A stretch of 64,000 nt of DNA, taken from Bythopirellula sp. GTDB taxonomy: Bacteria > Planctomycetota > Planctomycetia > Pirellulales > Lacipirellulaceae. This document shows, piece by piece, positions 1 to 9,878 of this stretch. A model generated the notes under the pieces. That model saw only the letters and a program-made list of their open reading frames with translations, searched no databases and was not told the DNA's origin. The DNA is taken from positions 2,944,001 to 3,008,000 of the forward strand of contig OZ244170.1 of NCBI GenBank assembly GCA_965216565.1, written 5' to 3'. A program made the position numbers and the translations under genes. How positions within the stretch are numbered: position 1 is the first letter of the stretch; every line of letters begins with the position of its first letter.

Positions 1-92
1 TACGTATTGTTCTGATACTACCCGACGCTAGCGCGTTCGGCTCATCGATTTTAAAACTGTCTCTAAAGAACAGATCAGTATTCCTCTACGGC

Positions 93-1103
93 TCACTTTT
101 CCCTGGAAGCAATCAACGGTTGTTTCGCCCGGGGCGAGATGAAGTAGCCCTTCGATAAGAAGCGAACCACATACTGCTGAACTTGCTCGTTCTTGGGCAA
201 GGTTTGGTGGATGCCTTTGACAAGTGCGAAATCACTGGCACCGGCCAGCTTGGTGGTGGCTACCGAGAGCAGCATATCATCGTCGCCGGGAATGGCATCG
301 AGATAGCCTTCGTCGTCGCCCTGACCACCCGCGATAATGCCAAACTCAAAGTTGGGCACGGCCAAACGCTGTTCCAATGAATCCCAGCCTACCCCAGGTG
401 CCAATTGCTTGAGCGGTTCGCCCGCGACTGCCTGGATCAGTTTGCTGTCGGCAAACGAATCTGCGGCACTGGCACCATGATTTGGCGGCGCAATCATCAC
501 CATTCTGCCAAATCCCAGCCGCGGACGTTCCTCTTCGGGAAGCGACTGGATATCTAGCAAGCAATGGCGGATCACGATATTGCCCATGCTGTGCGCGACA
601 AAGTTTACTTTCTCTACGCCGTCTAGGTGCTGGAGCACACTCAGTAACGATTTGGCGTGATCGCCTATTTCGCCCAGAGTCGAAGGGTAACCGACGTTTA
701 CGACCGATAGCTTGCTTTCTTCCTCAATGTATTCCGACAGCTTGTTCATCCATTGCCGACTGGCTCCCAAGCCATGAACGACAATCACCACCTCCTTATC
801 GAGCGGCGGCAGTTTCTCTTCGACCTTCACCTCTTCAAGCTCTTCCAAACAATGTTCGAGCGTACCGAAGGTGTGGCGTCGATCTTGCGGATCCAAGAGA
901 CGATAATGGCCAATCGTAGCGCTGCGCTGCACTCGCCAGTCTTGATAAACGACTTCGTCAGACCAAGTGAATCGGCCACCAAGCGTTCTCGCGCCTAGTC
1001 CGAACAATCCGCGCTCGGCATGCGCGGGCGAGAACAAGAGCGCTGCTAAGAACAGGCTCTCTAGCAAAACAATGATGAACCAAGGGGTGGGTGCGCGTCG
1101 CAT
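93..1103 (-). CDS. Secreted alpha/beta-hydrolase (lipase/esterase-like)
   Basis: Signal peptide; VVHGLG oxyanion motif; AHSMG nucleophile elbow; GDDDMLL Asp region and GIHQ His region. Confidence 0.8.
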   Translation of the reverse strand: MRRAPTPWFIIVLLESLFLAALLFSPAHAERGLFGLGARTLGGRFTWSDEVVYQDWRVQRSATIGHYRLLDPQDRRHTFGTLEHCLEELEEVKVEEKLPPLDKEVVIVVHGLGASRQWMNKLSEYIEEESKLSVVNVGYPSTLGEIGDHAKSLLSVLQHLDGVEKVNFVAHSMGNIVIRHCLLDIQSLPEEERPRLGFGRMVMIAPPNHGASAADSFADSKLIQAVAGEPLKQLAPGVGWDSLEQRLAVPNFEFGIIAGGQGDDEGYLDAIPGDDDMLLSVATTKLAGASDFALVKGIHQTLPKNEQVQQYVVRFLSKGYFISPRAKQPLIASREK

Positions 1104-1172
1104 CTTGAAGTCCTCCGTGTCTGTTCCGCGTCTCTGTTCCAGCGGTGGGATGGGGTCGGTGGTGCCTTTTCT

Positions 1173-1296
1173 GAATCGAGGAAGAAAACTTCCGTCTTCT
1201 TCATTCCCCTCACCTCGCCTTGGCGAGTCGCCTAAGGAGACCTACCTTCTCCCCACAAGGGCGAGGGACCAAAGAGAAGTTTCTCTTCCTCGATTC
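1173..1296. repeat. MITE/REP-like element, family A, copy 1
   Basis: Terminal inverted repeats GAATCGAGGAAGAAAACTT / AAGTTTCTCTTCCTCGATTC around a CCCCTCACC...CTCCCCACAAGGGCGAGGG core. Confidence 0.7.
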
Positions 1297-1510
1297 GCTT
1301 AGATTGTAACGCCCCCGCGACTGGTGCCCAATGTGCATACGGAAGAACGCCTCGGCAAGTTCGAAAAACAACGGAATTTACAACTTTTGCCCGGACATTC
1401 GGGGATCCTGGCACTAGCAAGAACTTGGCAATGCCGCTGGGATACAGACCGCTGATTGTCGCGGATTGCGCCACTGAGCCCAGTTGAAGAAGCTCCCTAC
1501 CGCCCACTCA

Positions 1511-1885
1511 TCATGCTTTGAATCGATAACCGATGTACGGCACGGTTTGCACGTAGTCATGAAACACGCCGAGTTGATCGCGCAACTGAGTGATGTGCCC
1601 ATCTATGTCGTCGGTTGCGACGGCTTGAAAGTCTGATGTCACTGCCGCGGCAATTGTTTGACGGGTGAAGGGATGGTACGGCCGGCTGGCTAAGAATAGG
1701 AGAATGCGAAACTCAACATTCCCTAGCTGCACCGGATCCTGCCCCGCAGCTAAGCGGAACGATTGGGGACCTTCCAGTTTCTTTGTCTCGGTTGGCCAGG
1801 TTTGGTGCGCAGCCGAGTGCAGAAACTCGTCCAAGCTTTCGACCACCAGGTCACGCGAGTGGGAAGAATGATCCGACATGAACAC
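1511..1885 (-). CDS. Stand-alone OmpR/PhoB-type winged-helix DNA-binding protein
   Basis: EFRILLFLA...IDGHITQLRDQL...VQTVPYIGYRF matches the Trans_reg_C pattern; no receiver domain. Confidence 0.75.
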   Translation of the reverse strand: MFMSDHSSHSRDLVVESLDEFLHSAAHQTWPTETKKLEGPQSFRLAAGQDPVQLGNVEFRILLFLASRPYHPFTRQTIAAAVTSDFQAVATDDIDGHITQLRDQLGVFHDYVQTVPYIGYRFKA

Positions 1886-1950
1886 TATTGTAACCGGCGA
1901 TCCGTAGGATCGCGGCTATCTCTGTTCTCTACTGCGCACCAAGACTTAAC

Positions 1951-2048
1951 GGACCGAGGAAATATCATCCGAATTCTGTGTGCCCCCTCTCCTAGCCTCT
2001 CCCCGCGGGGGCGAGGGACTGAAGAAGAAGCTATTTTTCCTCGGATCC
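1951..2048. repeat. MITE/REP-like element, family A, copy 2
   Basis: CCGAGGAAA / TTTCCTCGG arms around CCCCTCTCCTAGCCTCTCCCCGCGGGGGCGAGGG; abuts the prc stop codon. Confidence 0.65.
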
Positions 2049-4268
2049 TCAGCGTGCTACCGCGATGTGGTTCTGGCCGAGCAATTCGAGATAATCGAGC
2101 GCGATTGCCATCAACTCCTTGTTGTAAGGCGTCGATGGAAATACCGGACGATCGTCGTCCTGCATCTTCTCGAACAGTTCTTCCTGGTCTTTCTCGTTGT
2201 TCACTTCTTTCCGCCGCGCCAGGAACTTTTCCTTGTTGAGCGTGACGGTGGGTTTTTCTTTTTGCTCGAGATACCGTTCGATTTTCTTGTGGATGCGAGC
2301 AAAGTAGTCCGAGTTCTCGACCCGTTTCTGCGAACGCTGGCGGAGTTCTTCGATGACTTGGGCCGTTGCATGACGATAGTTCAAATGCTTCTGCGGCATT
2401 ACGCGATCGAACTTCATCGCGTAATCGAGATCACTCTCGCCTACTTCCCAATGCGTTGTGATATTGGGAATTTCGACATCGCTGACAACGCCACGATTCT
2501 GAGTACTATCGCCGCTGGGACGGTAGAATTGTTGGATCGTGAGCTTTAGCGCTCCATAATTTGGCGGTTGGTGGATGGGCAGCAAGATTTGGCCAAGCTC
2601 AAAGAGTTGCTGCACCGTGCCTTTGCCGTGCGTTGCATGGTCGCCCACGATGATGCCTCGGCCGTAATCTTGAATGGCCCCGGCAAAAATCTCGCTGGCA
2701 CTCGCGCTGAACTTGTTGATTACCACAACCAAAGGACCTGACCATACCATGCCGCGGTCGTCGTCGTTGTAAGGCTGAATCCGTCCATCAGGACCCTTCA
2801 CTTGAACGACAGGACCGTGATCGATGAACAGACCGGTGGTCTCGACCGACTCGGGTAGTGAACCGCCACCATTAAGCCGGAGATCCATCACCACGAGATC
2901 GACCTCGCGGTCGTTGAATTCTTCCAACAGTCGGCGGACGTCTCGCGAAGTGCTTTTGTAGTTCGGATTTCCTGAACGACGACCCTCCATATCCATGTAG
3001 AAACTCGGCAGATCGATCACACCAATCTTGTAGAGTTTTCCATCGGGTCCGATTCGCTTTTTGATGACCTTACCAGTAGCTTCTTGCGGAGTTGTATCGG
3101 CAGAAAGCTCGGTCTCCGGAACGTCTAGCTTGCTGAGCTTGGCTTCCTCGGCTGGAGTTTCCAGCCGTTCAGCGGGATCGGTTCCGTCGGGAAGTCTTTC
3201 CAGGATCACGCTGCGTGCTTCGCTGTCTTTTAGCTCGATGCGAGCGCGGACGATGTCGTATTCCTGACGCCCCGACTTGTCCTCTGGCATGACTTGCAAT
3301 CGCACGACACTTCCGGGGGTACCTCGGATAAGCTGCACAACGTCGTTGATCTTCATGTCGAAGATGTCGACCATCTCACCGTCCGCCCCTTGTGCGACAC
3401 CAGTGATGACATCATTGACTTTCAAGCGACCATCCTTATCGGCAGCTCCTCCTCGTACTAATCGGCGAACAATCGTTTCTCCGTATTTCGACTCCAGCGT
3501 AGCGCCGATGCCGTTGAGCTCTAGCCGCATTTGGATCTCGAAGTTCTCCAACGTGCTGGGAGCCATGTACGTGCTATGAGGATCGAAGCTCATTGTAAGT
3601 GCACTAAGAAACATCTCCAACAGTTCGTCGTTGTCCATCTGTTCCCAGTTACGACGAATGCCCCGATAACGTTTGTGCAATGTTTCGACTGCTTCGTCGT
3701 GTTCAATCTCATCAGCAATCTGAAGCAGCAGGTCGTACTTCACCCGCTTCCGCCAACGCTCGGCAGCTTCGGCGGGGGATGTTGCATACTTCATCTCATC
3801 GGGATCCCGAACCATCGATTCGTCTATCGAGAAGTCGTGCTCTTGTTCGACCAACTCCTGGGCAAGCTTAATTCTCTCTTGGACTCGCATCAGAAAACGA
3901 TCGAACACTTCCTTGGCGAATCGAACGTTTCCGCTTTTTACGAAGTCGTCGATTGCCGTCTCATTTTTTGAAAACTCATCGACATCGCTCTGCAAGAAGA
4001 ACAGCTTCAAGGGGTCGAGCGACTTGAAGAACATTTCGAAGGTGCGTTTAGAGATCTCGTCATCAATCCGCATCTCGGAAAGGTGATTGAGATCGAGTCG
4101 CGAGGAGACAAGGATCGCAATTCGGCGATCGTCGCGCGAAGGTTCGTTGGGTCGCGCCGAGACGATGCTGGCAGAAATAATGCCGACGAAACTGCTAGCC
4201 AACAATAATCCCACGGCAAAAATTTGTAGACGCGGGAGGAAAGTTGGACCCTGACAGTTGGCTCTCAT
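2049..4268 (-). CDS. prc: Carboxy-terminal processing (tail-specific) protease, S41 family
   Basis: DPHSTY, PDZ (GIGA), DLRLNGGGSL, catalytic SASASEIFAGAIQDYGR, GKGTVQ, FYRPSGDSTQ. Confidence 0.9.
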   Translation of the reverse strand: MRANCQGPTFLPRLQIFAVGLLLASSFVGIISASIVSARPNEPSRDDRRIAILVSSRLDLNHLSEMRIDDEISKRTFEMFFKSLDPLKLFFLQSDVDEFSKNETAIDDFVKSGNVRFAKEVFDRFLMRVQERIKLAQELVEQEHDFSIDESMVRDPDEMKYATSPAEAAERWRKRVKYDLLLQIADEIEHDEAVETLHKRYRGIRRNWEQMDNDELLEMFLSALTMSFDPHSTYMAPSTLENFEIQMRLELNGIGATLESKYGETIVRRLVRGGAADKDGRLKVNDVITGVAQGADGEMVDIFDMKINDVVQLIRGTPGSVVRLQVMPEDKSGRQEYDIVRARIELKDSEARSVILERLPDGTDPAERLETPAEEAKLSKLDVPETELSADTTPQEATGKVIKKRIGPDGKLYKIGVIDLPSFYMDMEGRRSGNPNYKSTSRDVRRLLEEFNDREVDLVVMDLRLNGGGSLPESVETTGLFIDHGPVVQVKGPDGRIQPYNDDDRGMVWSGPLVVVINKFSASASEIFAGAIQDYGRGIIVGDHATHGKGTVQQLFELGQILLPIHQPPNYGALKLTIQQFYRPSGDSTQNRGVVSDVEIPNITTHWEVGESDLDYAMKFDRVMPQKHLNYRHATAQVIEELRQRSQKRVENSDYFARIHKKIERYLEQKEKPTVTLNKEKFLARRKEVNNEKDQEELFEKMQDDDRPVFPSTPYNKELMAIALDYLELLGQNHIAVAR

Positions 4269-4394
4269 GCTAATTCCCTTCTATGGATGTTTGAGCAGGC
4301 AAACGTGTAGATCAAATGTTCCGGAAGTTGCCTGCCAGCACAGTCAGCGAAGACTCGCCCTTTGCGAGTTGGATTCGAATAACTGGCAATCGAC

Positions 4395-4422
4395 AAACGG
4401 CACGCCTACAGACGTGCCGTCT
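4395..4422 (-). terminator. Putative intrinsic terminator
   Basis: Minus strand AGACGGCACGTC-TGTA-GGCGTGCCGTTT hairpin followed by a short U tract, downstream of the ORF ending at 4589. Confidence 0.5.
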
Positions 4423-4588
4423 GAGAATCTGTGACAATTAGGTGGCTGTCAATGTTAGCGAGGGGTCCCATGCGGGACAAGATCGACGTGAGGCGCAATT
4501 CGCCGTAAGTTTCTGCTGTCACCCAACTTGAAGCAGCATTCAGAGCCCCCACGGAACTCAGACGAACAGAATACTCGGACTGGGGGCC

Positions 4589-5611
4589 TCAGCGATTGCG
4601 GCGGGCACGACGCTTATCGCGGCGAGTGAGAGGCTTCTCGTAACGTGCCTGCTGGCCATAGGCCACAAGAACCTGACTGTTCCAGCGGGTACGTTGTCCC
4701 TCGGAATTGAAATCCGTGGACCAAACGGCAATTTCGCCCCCAGGCACGGTTGGGCTGAGCATAGCAATGCGAACCGTGCTGCCCTTGGTCTCGCGACGAA
4801 CCGTTTGCTGGCATGTGCATAGCACCGTCTTGCCCTGGACCGAATAGGGGATTTCCAGGGCCACGATCGATTCTGTCTGGAGGATCGGCCCAAGCCCCCC
4901 CTCCCCTTGTCCGCTGGCATCGACGCTAGCTGCCGCTGTCTCCCGACGAAGGACGTAAGGAAACTTATTCGGAGCGAAATAGATATGGTCCACTAGGGTG
5001 CTCGAATCTTGCGTGTAAACGATGTCCCACACTTGGCATTCAATTTCGTCGGCAGGCAACATCAGAAGCTCATTCGGCTGGCGGTGCGACTCCAACAATT
5101 GACCTGCCTTATCTGTTGCAGTGTTCAACACGCGAGTAACCCCCTGGCCGATTACCTGCTTGCCAACAACGTTAATTGTGGCCTGCACCTCGAGTGCATA
5201 GCGATCACCTGTAACCGACTTCAGTTTTTCGACCTGGGTGCTCACACTGCGGCTAATGGAGCTACCCTCAAGTCCGGAGGTTTCCGTCGTCACTTGAATT
5301 TCGCGCCAACTCTCGACCGGGAATCTTGTCCAAGCGTGTTGATTGGGTTCGATCAAAAACACTTGATCCGCGATATCAACTTCTACCGTGCTCTCCAACC
5401 TTTCGCGTTCACCACTTTCACCAGCGGGAGTCACTGCGGAGATCGGCTGCAACGGGGTCGAGGTTGACTGGTCTTCGGCATGCACCGGCACGGCAGTCAG
5501 CAGGGAACTACCTAGGAGACATCCGACGCACACCACAATCGATGTCGCTGCGGCAAAAAATGTTCGATGCACCAGATGCACCGAAAACGGATGTCGACAA
5601 TAGTTAGGCAC
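4589..5611 (-). CDS. Hypothetical exported protein (start uncertain; ORF is open to 5680)
   Basis: Long ORF with a hydrophobic signal ending VHA; basic C-terminus. Confidence 0.65.
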   Translation of the reverse strand: MPNYCRHPFSVHLVHRTFFAAATSIVVCVGCLLGSSLLTAVPVHAEDQSTSTPLQPISAVTPAGESGERERLESTVEVDIADQVFLIEPNQHAWTRFPVESWREIQVTTETSGLEGSSISRSVSTQVEKLKSVTGDRYALEVQATINVVGKQVIGQGVTRVLNTATDKAGQLLESHRQPNELLMLPADEIECQVWDIVYTQDSSTLVDHIYFAPNKFPYVLRRETAAASVDASGQGEGGLGPILQTESIVALEIPYSVQGKTVLCTCQQTVRRETKGSTVRIAMLSPTVPGGEIAVWSTDFNSEGQRTRWNSQVLVAYGQQARYEKPLTRRDKRRARRNR

Positions 5612-5827
5612 AGTGTTTTCGAAAAGTGAAGAGTAAAGAGATTGGAATCGCAGTGATTGACAGGTCTTACCCTCAGGCAAAACTCATGCCGACAGCTCCC
5701 CTTGCTGCGTTCGCATGCCCCCCCAACTGAACATGCATGATAATTGAAGATAGCCGACAGTCCAAGCCGCAGCCTCAGAACCGCTGCTGCCTGGGTTCCG
5801 TATTCCCCGTAATCGCTAAGGGCACTG

Positions 5828-6925
5828 TTAAAGTGCTTCGATTCGAGCCACCAATTGCTGGTCCCAGCGAGGAAAGACTGAGCGTAAATCGAGCAGCAAG
5901 CGATCACTTTCTACGCGAATTAGCAATTTCGGAGCGGCCTCGGCCAACTGTTTCATTCGCGCATCACCTGTACCCGAATTGAATTCAATTTCGATTGCCC
6001 AACTCGGGGCTACCAGCGAATCGTCTTCGGTCTGCCACCATGTTGAGTCACACTCAACTGGTTTTGCAGACTGCACCGAATCTACATCGTTTAACAATGC
6101 AGCCAGCCGGTCAGCACGCTGTTGGAGATTTGCGGTCGGCGTAGAAAGCAACTGCAAGACGGGAATCTGATGCTCGACGTGCTGCTCGGTTGCGTAGATT
6201 TGCAGAGTTGCAGCGAGCGCCTCCAAACGCTCCGAGCCGATGGCAGCTACTTCCGAACTCCCAGAATTAGAGAGAGATTCAATCGCGCCACGTTTGCCAA
6301 CAACAATGCCACACGCCGGGCCCCCTAACATGCCCGAACCACAGTTGACCACCGCGTCCGCCTGTTCCAGCAGTTCGCTCAATGTGGCAATCGATTGCAG
6401 ATTCCACTGTTGTGGATTAACGAGCCCTGCATCGCGAGCGACAACCACTTCATAATCCGTGAGTCGCTGGCAAGCTGACTTCGCCTCGGCAAAGCTGTGC
6501 GTCACCCAAGCCGCCTCGGCACCAGCCGTTTTACAAATCAGCTGCGTCACATGTTCGGCCAGCGCCTGGTCGGCACCGTGGTACTCGCCAAGCACTTGGA
6601 TCATGCGGTGCAGGGCTGTCTCCGCCAAAGGTGGTGCCAACTGCGGATTGCCCCCAACGATGCCGGTGGCATTTATCACTTGGCTGCTGGTCGGCTTGGC
6701 TCCCAACAACCGTCGCACCAGTCGCTCAGCAAGTTGCTCAGCTGAGGGAATCACGCCAGTTCCAGCGCGATCTAGCAAATTCTCGCGTAGCTCCTCGATG
6801 AATCCCGTTGCCCGTTGTGCAATCGTAGTTTGGTTGAGCCGTTCGACTGCGCCCTGAACCGTGGGATGGGCCAACAGATCTTCCAGCGAAGGAAGACTCG
6901 GCAATCGTGGATCGATTTTTTTCAT
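5828..6925 (-). CDS. SelA (selenocysteine synthase)-like protein, degenerate
   Basis: LPSLEDLL, VINATG, GAEAA, LGGPACGIVVGK and LLLDLRSV resemble SelA motifs; the Lys of SGDKLLGGP is absent. Confidence 0.7.
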   Translation of the reverse strand: MKKIDPRLPSLPSLEDLLAHPTVQGAVERLNQTTIAQRATGFIEELRENLLDRAGTGVIPSAEQLAERLVRRLLGAKPTSSQVINATGIVGGNPQLAPPLAETALHRMIQVLGEYHGADQALAEHVTQLICKTAGAEAAWVTHSFAEAKSACQRLTDYEVVVARDAGLVNPQQWNLQSIATLSELLEQADAVVNCGSGMLGGPACGIVVGKRGAIESLSNSGSSEVAAIGSERLEALAATLQIYATEQHVEHQIPVLQLLSTPTANLQQRADRLAALLNDVDSVQSAKPVECDSTWWQTEDDSLVAPSWAIEIEFNSGTGDARMKQLAEAAPKLLIRVESDRLLLDLRSVFPRWDQQLVARIEAL

Positions 6926-7145
6926 GGAATACTCAGCGCGAAACCGATAGTTGGGGGCAAACTCAACCCAAATGCAATTATTACGCTACAACCTAAGTAG
7001 CGTCCATGCCCCAAGAACAGGGCGAGAAACTGTATTCAATCAGAACTGAGCCAAAGGCGCTAGTTGCCAATTCGCCATGGCGGGCGGCGGGACCGATGTT
7101 CTAGGTGCAGCTGCAATGCAAGATAATAGCCCGACGCGGAACCCG

Positions 7146-7355
7146 CTATTCTGTCTCGATACCAACTTGCTCGGGCGTGGGGAACGGATCGTTGGCGACG
7201 CGGTCGACGATCTGTTTTTCCTTTTTCGACAAACCCGACCCCGGCAGATGCTCGGAAAGCTGCCACGACTGGCAGCCGCACAAAGCCAGGCACACTACCA
7301 CCAAACCGGTGCGTCGGCCCAGACTGTAGCAGTACGTTTTTAAGATGGGGCTCAA
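7146..7355 (-). CDS. Small putative lipoprotein (start uncertain)
   Basis: Hydrophobic stretch with lipobox-like LALCGC; DPFPTP C-terminus. Confidence 0.5.
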   Translation of the reverse strand: MSPILKTYCYSLGRRTGLVVVCLALCGCQSWQLSEHLPGSGLSKKEKQIVDRVANDPFPTPEQVGIETE

Positions 7356-7381
7356 AACTTTTCTCAGTTTGATCTTTGCGA

Positions 7382-7876
7382 CTAGTGATTCACGCGAGGT
7401 TGAGACATCCACTCGGCAACCGTCTGCGGTCCATCTGGTTCCGGGGGTTTCCCACGCAGTCGATCCCAGACCGAAACTCGATCGCTCTCCGCTCGCCTCG
7501 TTACTTGCTGGTTCTTTTCATCGCCACCAAAAGTGAAAATCTCTTTGGTACCTTGCCAGGCCTTCTTCGTGCCGGAAGATATTTTGCTCATGCCACTGGA
7601 GATTGGCGAGAATGGCGACTTGGCAATGCCATCCTCATTCTTCGGCCAACTCGGCATCGAGATCTTTGGCATGGAGACCTTGGGCATCGTGATTTTCGGC
7701 ATCTTCACGCCCGACCAAAAACCGCCTTCATTCTCGGCAGCGGTCTCTGAACTAACCGCAGTCGATTCAGCGGCCACCGTGTCCGGGCTGAGAACTTGCG
7801 CGTGGAGGCTCATCGCCCCGTGAGTGAACAGTGCTAATCCAACGACAAAACCAAGACGAAATCTAGCGATCGCCAT
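7382..7876 (-). CDS. Hypothetical secreted protein with MPK(I/V)(T/S) repeats
   Basis: GGGAGAG RBS; signal peptide ending LHA; MPKIT-MPKVS-MPKIS repeats. Confidence 0.7.
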   Translation of the reverse strand: MAIARFRLGFVVGLALFTHGAMSLHAQVLSPDTVAAESTAVSSETAAENEGGFWSGVKMPKITMPKVSMPKISMPSWPKNEDGIAKSPFSPISSGMSKISSGTKKAWQGTKEIFTFGGDEKNQQVTRRAESDRVSVWDRLRGKPPEPDGPQTVAEWMSQPRVNH

Positions 7877-8125
7877 GATCGACTCTCCCATCTAAGAACT
7901 AAGCGCTTGTGGTTTCCCATCGCGAATTCCGCACGCAATACCTAGTCTGCGCCTGGTGTTCGCGGTGCGGAGTGTTTCAAATGCGCGAATTCTGGTCCAG
8001 ACTGCTTTTGAGGGCTGCTATCGGTAGGGTTCCGATTTGCCTGATTGTCGGGCGCCCGCCATTACTTTAGGATGACAGCTGAACAACGATCCCAAGTTTG
8101 CTAGCAGTTAGACATCTCAAAATAA

Positions 8126-8947
8126 GTGACAGCATTTTCTCACAGAATCGGTTTCATTGGTGCCGGCCGGATGGCAACCGCGCTGGCGCGGGGCTGCCTG
8201 CAGGCAGGGCTTGTTCCAGCTGAAAATCTCACTGCCGCCGATCCGCTGCCCGTTGCTCTGGAGGCCTTTGCAGGTCAAGTTCCCGGAGCGAGCTCCTCAG
8301 CTTCGAATGCCGAGGTGCTCGACAAATCGGACATCGTCATCCTGGCGGTGAAGCCGCAAATGATGCCCAGCGTACTGGACGATATTAAATCGAACGTCGA
8401 GCAAAAACACATCGTTGTTTCGATTGCTGCAGGGATCACGCTCAAGCAACTAGCCAATGGTCTTTCGTCAGATACTCGCTTAGTGCGCGTGATGCCCAAT
8501 ACACCAAGTTTGGTAGGTCTCGGGGCAAGTTGCTATTGCCGGGGGCAGGCCGCCAGCGCTGACGATGGACATCTGGTGAGCCAGATTCTTGCCAGCGTCG
8601 GCGAATCCTTTGAAGTCGAAGAACCCCTGCTCGATGCGGTAACCGGTCTCTCCGGTTCGGGGCCGGCATTTATCTATCGAGTTATCGAATCTATGGCTGC
8701 CGGTGGCGCTGCCGAAGGTTTAGATGAAAAGCTAGCCCTACGGTTGGCGGCACTCACTGCGCGAGGCGCGGCAGAAATGGTACTCACAACCGGCCAAACA
8801 CCGGCTGAGCTGCGCGAGCAAGTTTCCAGCCCCGGCGGTACAACGCTGGCCGGCCTCGAAGTCTTGGAAGCCAAGCAAGGCCCTCAAGCATTTACCGCTG
8901 CCGTCCAGGCAGCCACCGACCGTTCCAAAGAATTAGCCAAGTCCTAG
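8126..8947 (+). CDS. proC: Pyrroline-5-carboxylate reductase
   Basis: IGFIGAGRMA, LAVKPQ, VRVMPNTP, GLSGSGPAF, VSSPGGTT. Confidence 0.95.
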   Translation: MTAFSHRIGFIGAGRMATALARGCLQAGLVPAENLTAADPLPVALEAFAGQVPGASSSASNAEVLDKSDIVILAVKPQMMPSVLDDIKSNVEQKHIVVSIAAGITLKQLANGLSSDTRLVRVMPNTPSLVGLGASCYCRGQAASADDGHLVSQILASVGESFEVEEPLLDAVTGLSGSGPAFIYRVIESMAAGGAAEGLDEKLALRLAALTARGAAEMVLTTGQTPAELREQVSSPGGTTLAGLEVLEAKQGPQAFTAAVQAATDRSKELAKS

Positions 8948-8959
8948 GAAAACACACAC

Positions 8960-9202
8960 ATGTCCATTCTGTGTCGAGTCGACGACAAACTCGTTCCCTT
9001 GTACCGCGTGATGTGGGTGGCGGCGACTCCCCACTTCTGCGGCGAAGAAGATTGCATGCGCGAAGGTTGCTACGAAGTGCGCTTGGAGCAAGGCGAATCG
9101 GTTTGGGCACGAAACGACGAACGAGACGACATTTGCAAACAACTCGAACGCTGGCAAGGTGGGCTTGGACCAACCGAAGATGGCGAACAAGAGGATTGGT
9201 AA
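8960..9202 (+). CDS. Small hypothetical protein
   Basis: AGGA RBS just after the proC stop; HFCGEEDC motif (possible metal ligands). Confidence 0.7.
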   Translation: MSILCRVDDKLVPLYRVMWVAATPHFCGEEDCMREGCYEVRLEQGESVWARNDERDDICKQLERWQGGLGPTEDGEQEDW

Positions 9203-9210
9203 GGATTTAT

Positions 9211-9320
9211 GAAGTTGGAAGTTTGAATGTTGAAGTTCCAAGTCAACTGAAATAAGTTCCTGACTGCTTGGGGCATTTTCTAAGAAATAATTCAACATTC
9301 AAAATTCAGAATTCAAACTT
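9211..9320. repeat. Gene-less copy of the heptamer inverted-repeat element that flanks the four-helix-bundle gene
   Basis: GAAGTTTGAATGTTGAAGT (9218-9236) is the exact reverse complement of 13416-13434; right arm TTCAACATTCAAAATTCAGAATTC (9291-9314). Confidence 0.8.
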
Positions 9321-9334
9321 TCGAGGCAATAACG

Positions 9335-9877
9335 ATGTCTTCCGACGAATCTGCTAACGACGAGTTGCACTGGCGGGAAACCTATTTCATTATGTTTCCT
9401 AATGATCGCCGTCCGGAACTAAAAGTTGTCGCCACGGCTTTGACCGAGGCAAATCGCCGCTATCGGATTGAAAATCCCGAATCCAATGATGAAGGGCAAT
9501 TCGACTCCCTACTCGTCGAGTCGCGCGAAGACAATGCCGCGGTGGAAATCAGCTACGAAGTCGGTGATGCGGTCATTGAGCAGAACTTGCAGTGGGCCAA
9601 AGAACTGAAAGATCAGCTCACGCCAGATCAATTGCAGCAACTCATCCGATCAGACGCCCGACTCGATGTTGCCCATTTCGAGCGTATGAGTGGCCAAGAA
9701 TCGGACGATGCAGATAAGACCTCAGGCCTCGACAGTGGCACCGTGGAACCATTTATGGAAGATGAGGAACCCTTCGAGATGCTCGACCCCACCTGTCTGC
9801 TGACGGTCGTGGAAACGTTGTGCATGCTTACCGATGGCTTGACACTCGACCCCGCCTCAGGGGAAATTCTCACTTGA
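9335..9877 (+). CDS. Hypothetical acidic protein
   Basis: 180-aa ORF in the proC run; WRETYFI and LDPTCLL...DPASG segments. Confidence 0.75.
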   Translation: MSSDESANDELHWRETYFIMFPNDRRPELKVVATALTEANRRYRIENPESNDEGQFDSLLVESREDNAAVEISYEVGDAVIEQNLQWAKELKDQLTPDQLQQLIRSDARLDVAHFERMSGQESDDADKTSGLDSGTVEPFMEDEEPFEMLDPTCLLTVVETLCMLTDGLTLDPASGEILT

Positions 9878-9878
9878 T

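Noticed and set aside
5828..6925. Functional selA or selenocysteine locus
   Set aside because: The catalytic Lys is absent and no selB/selC/selD is visible
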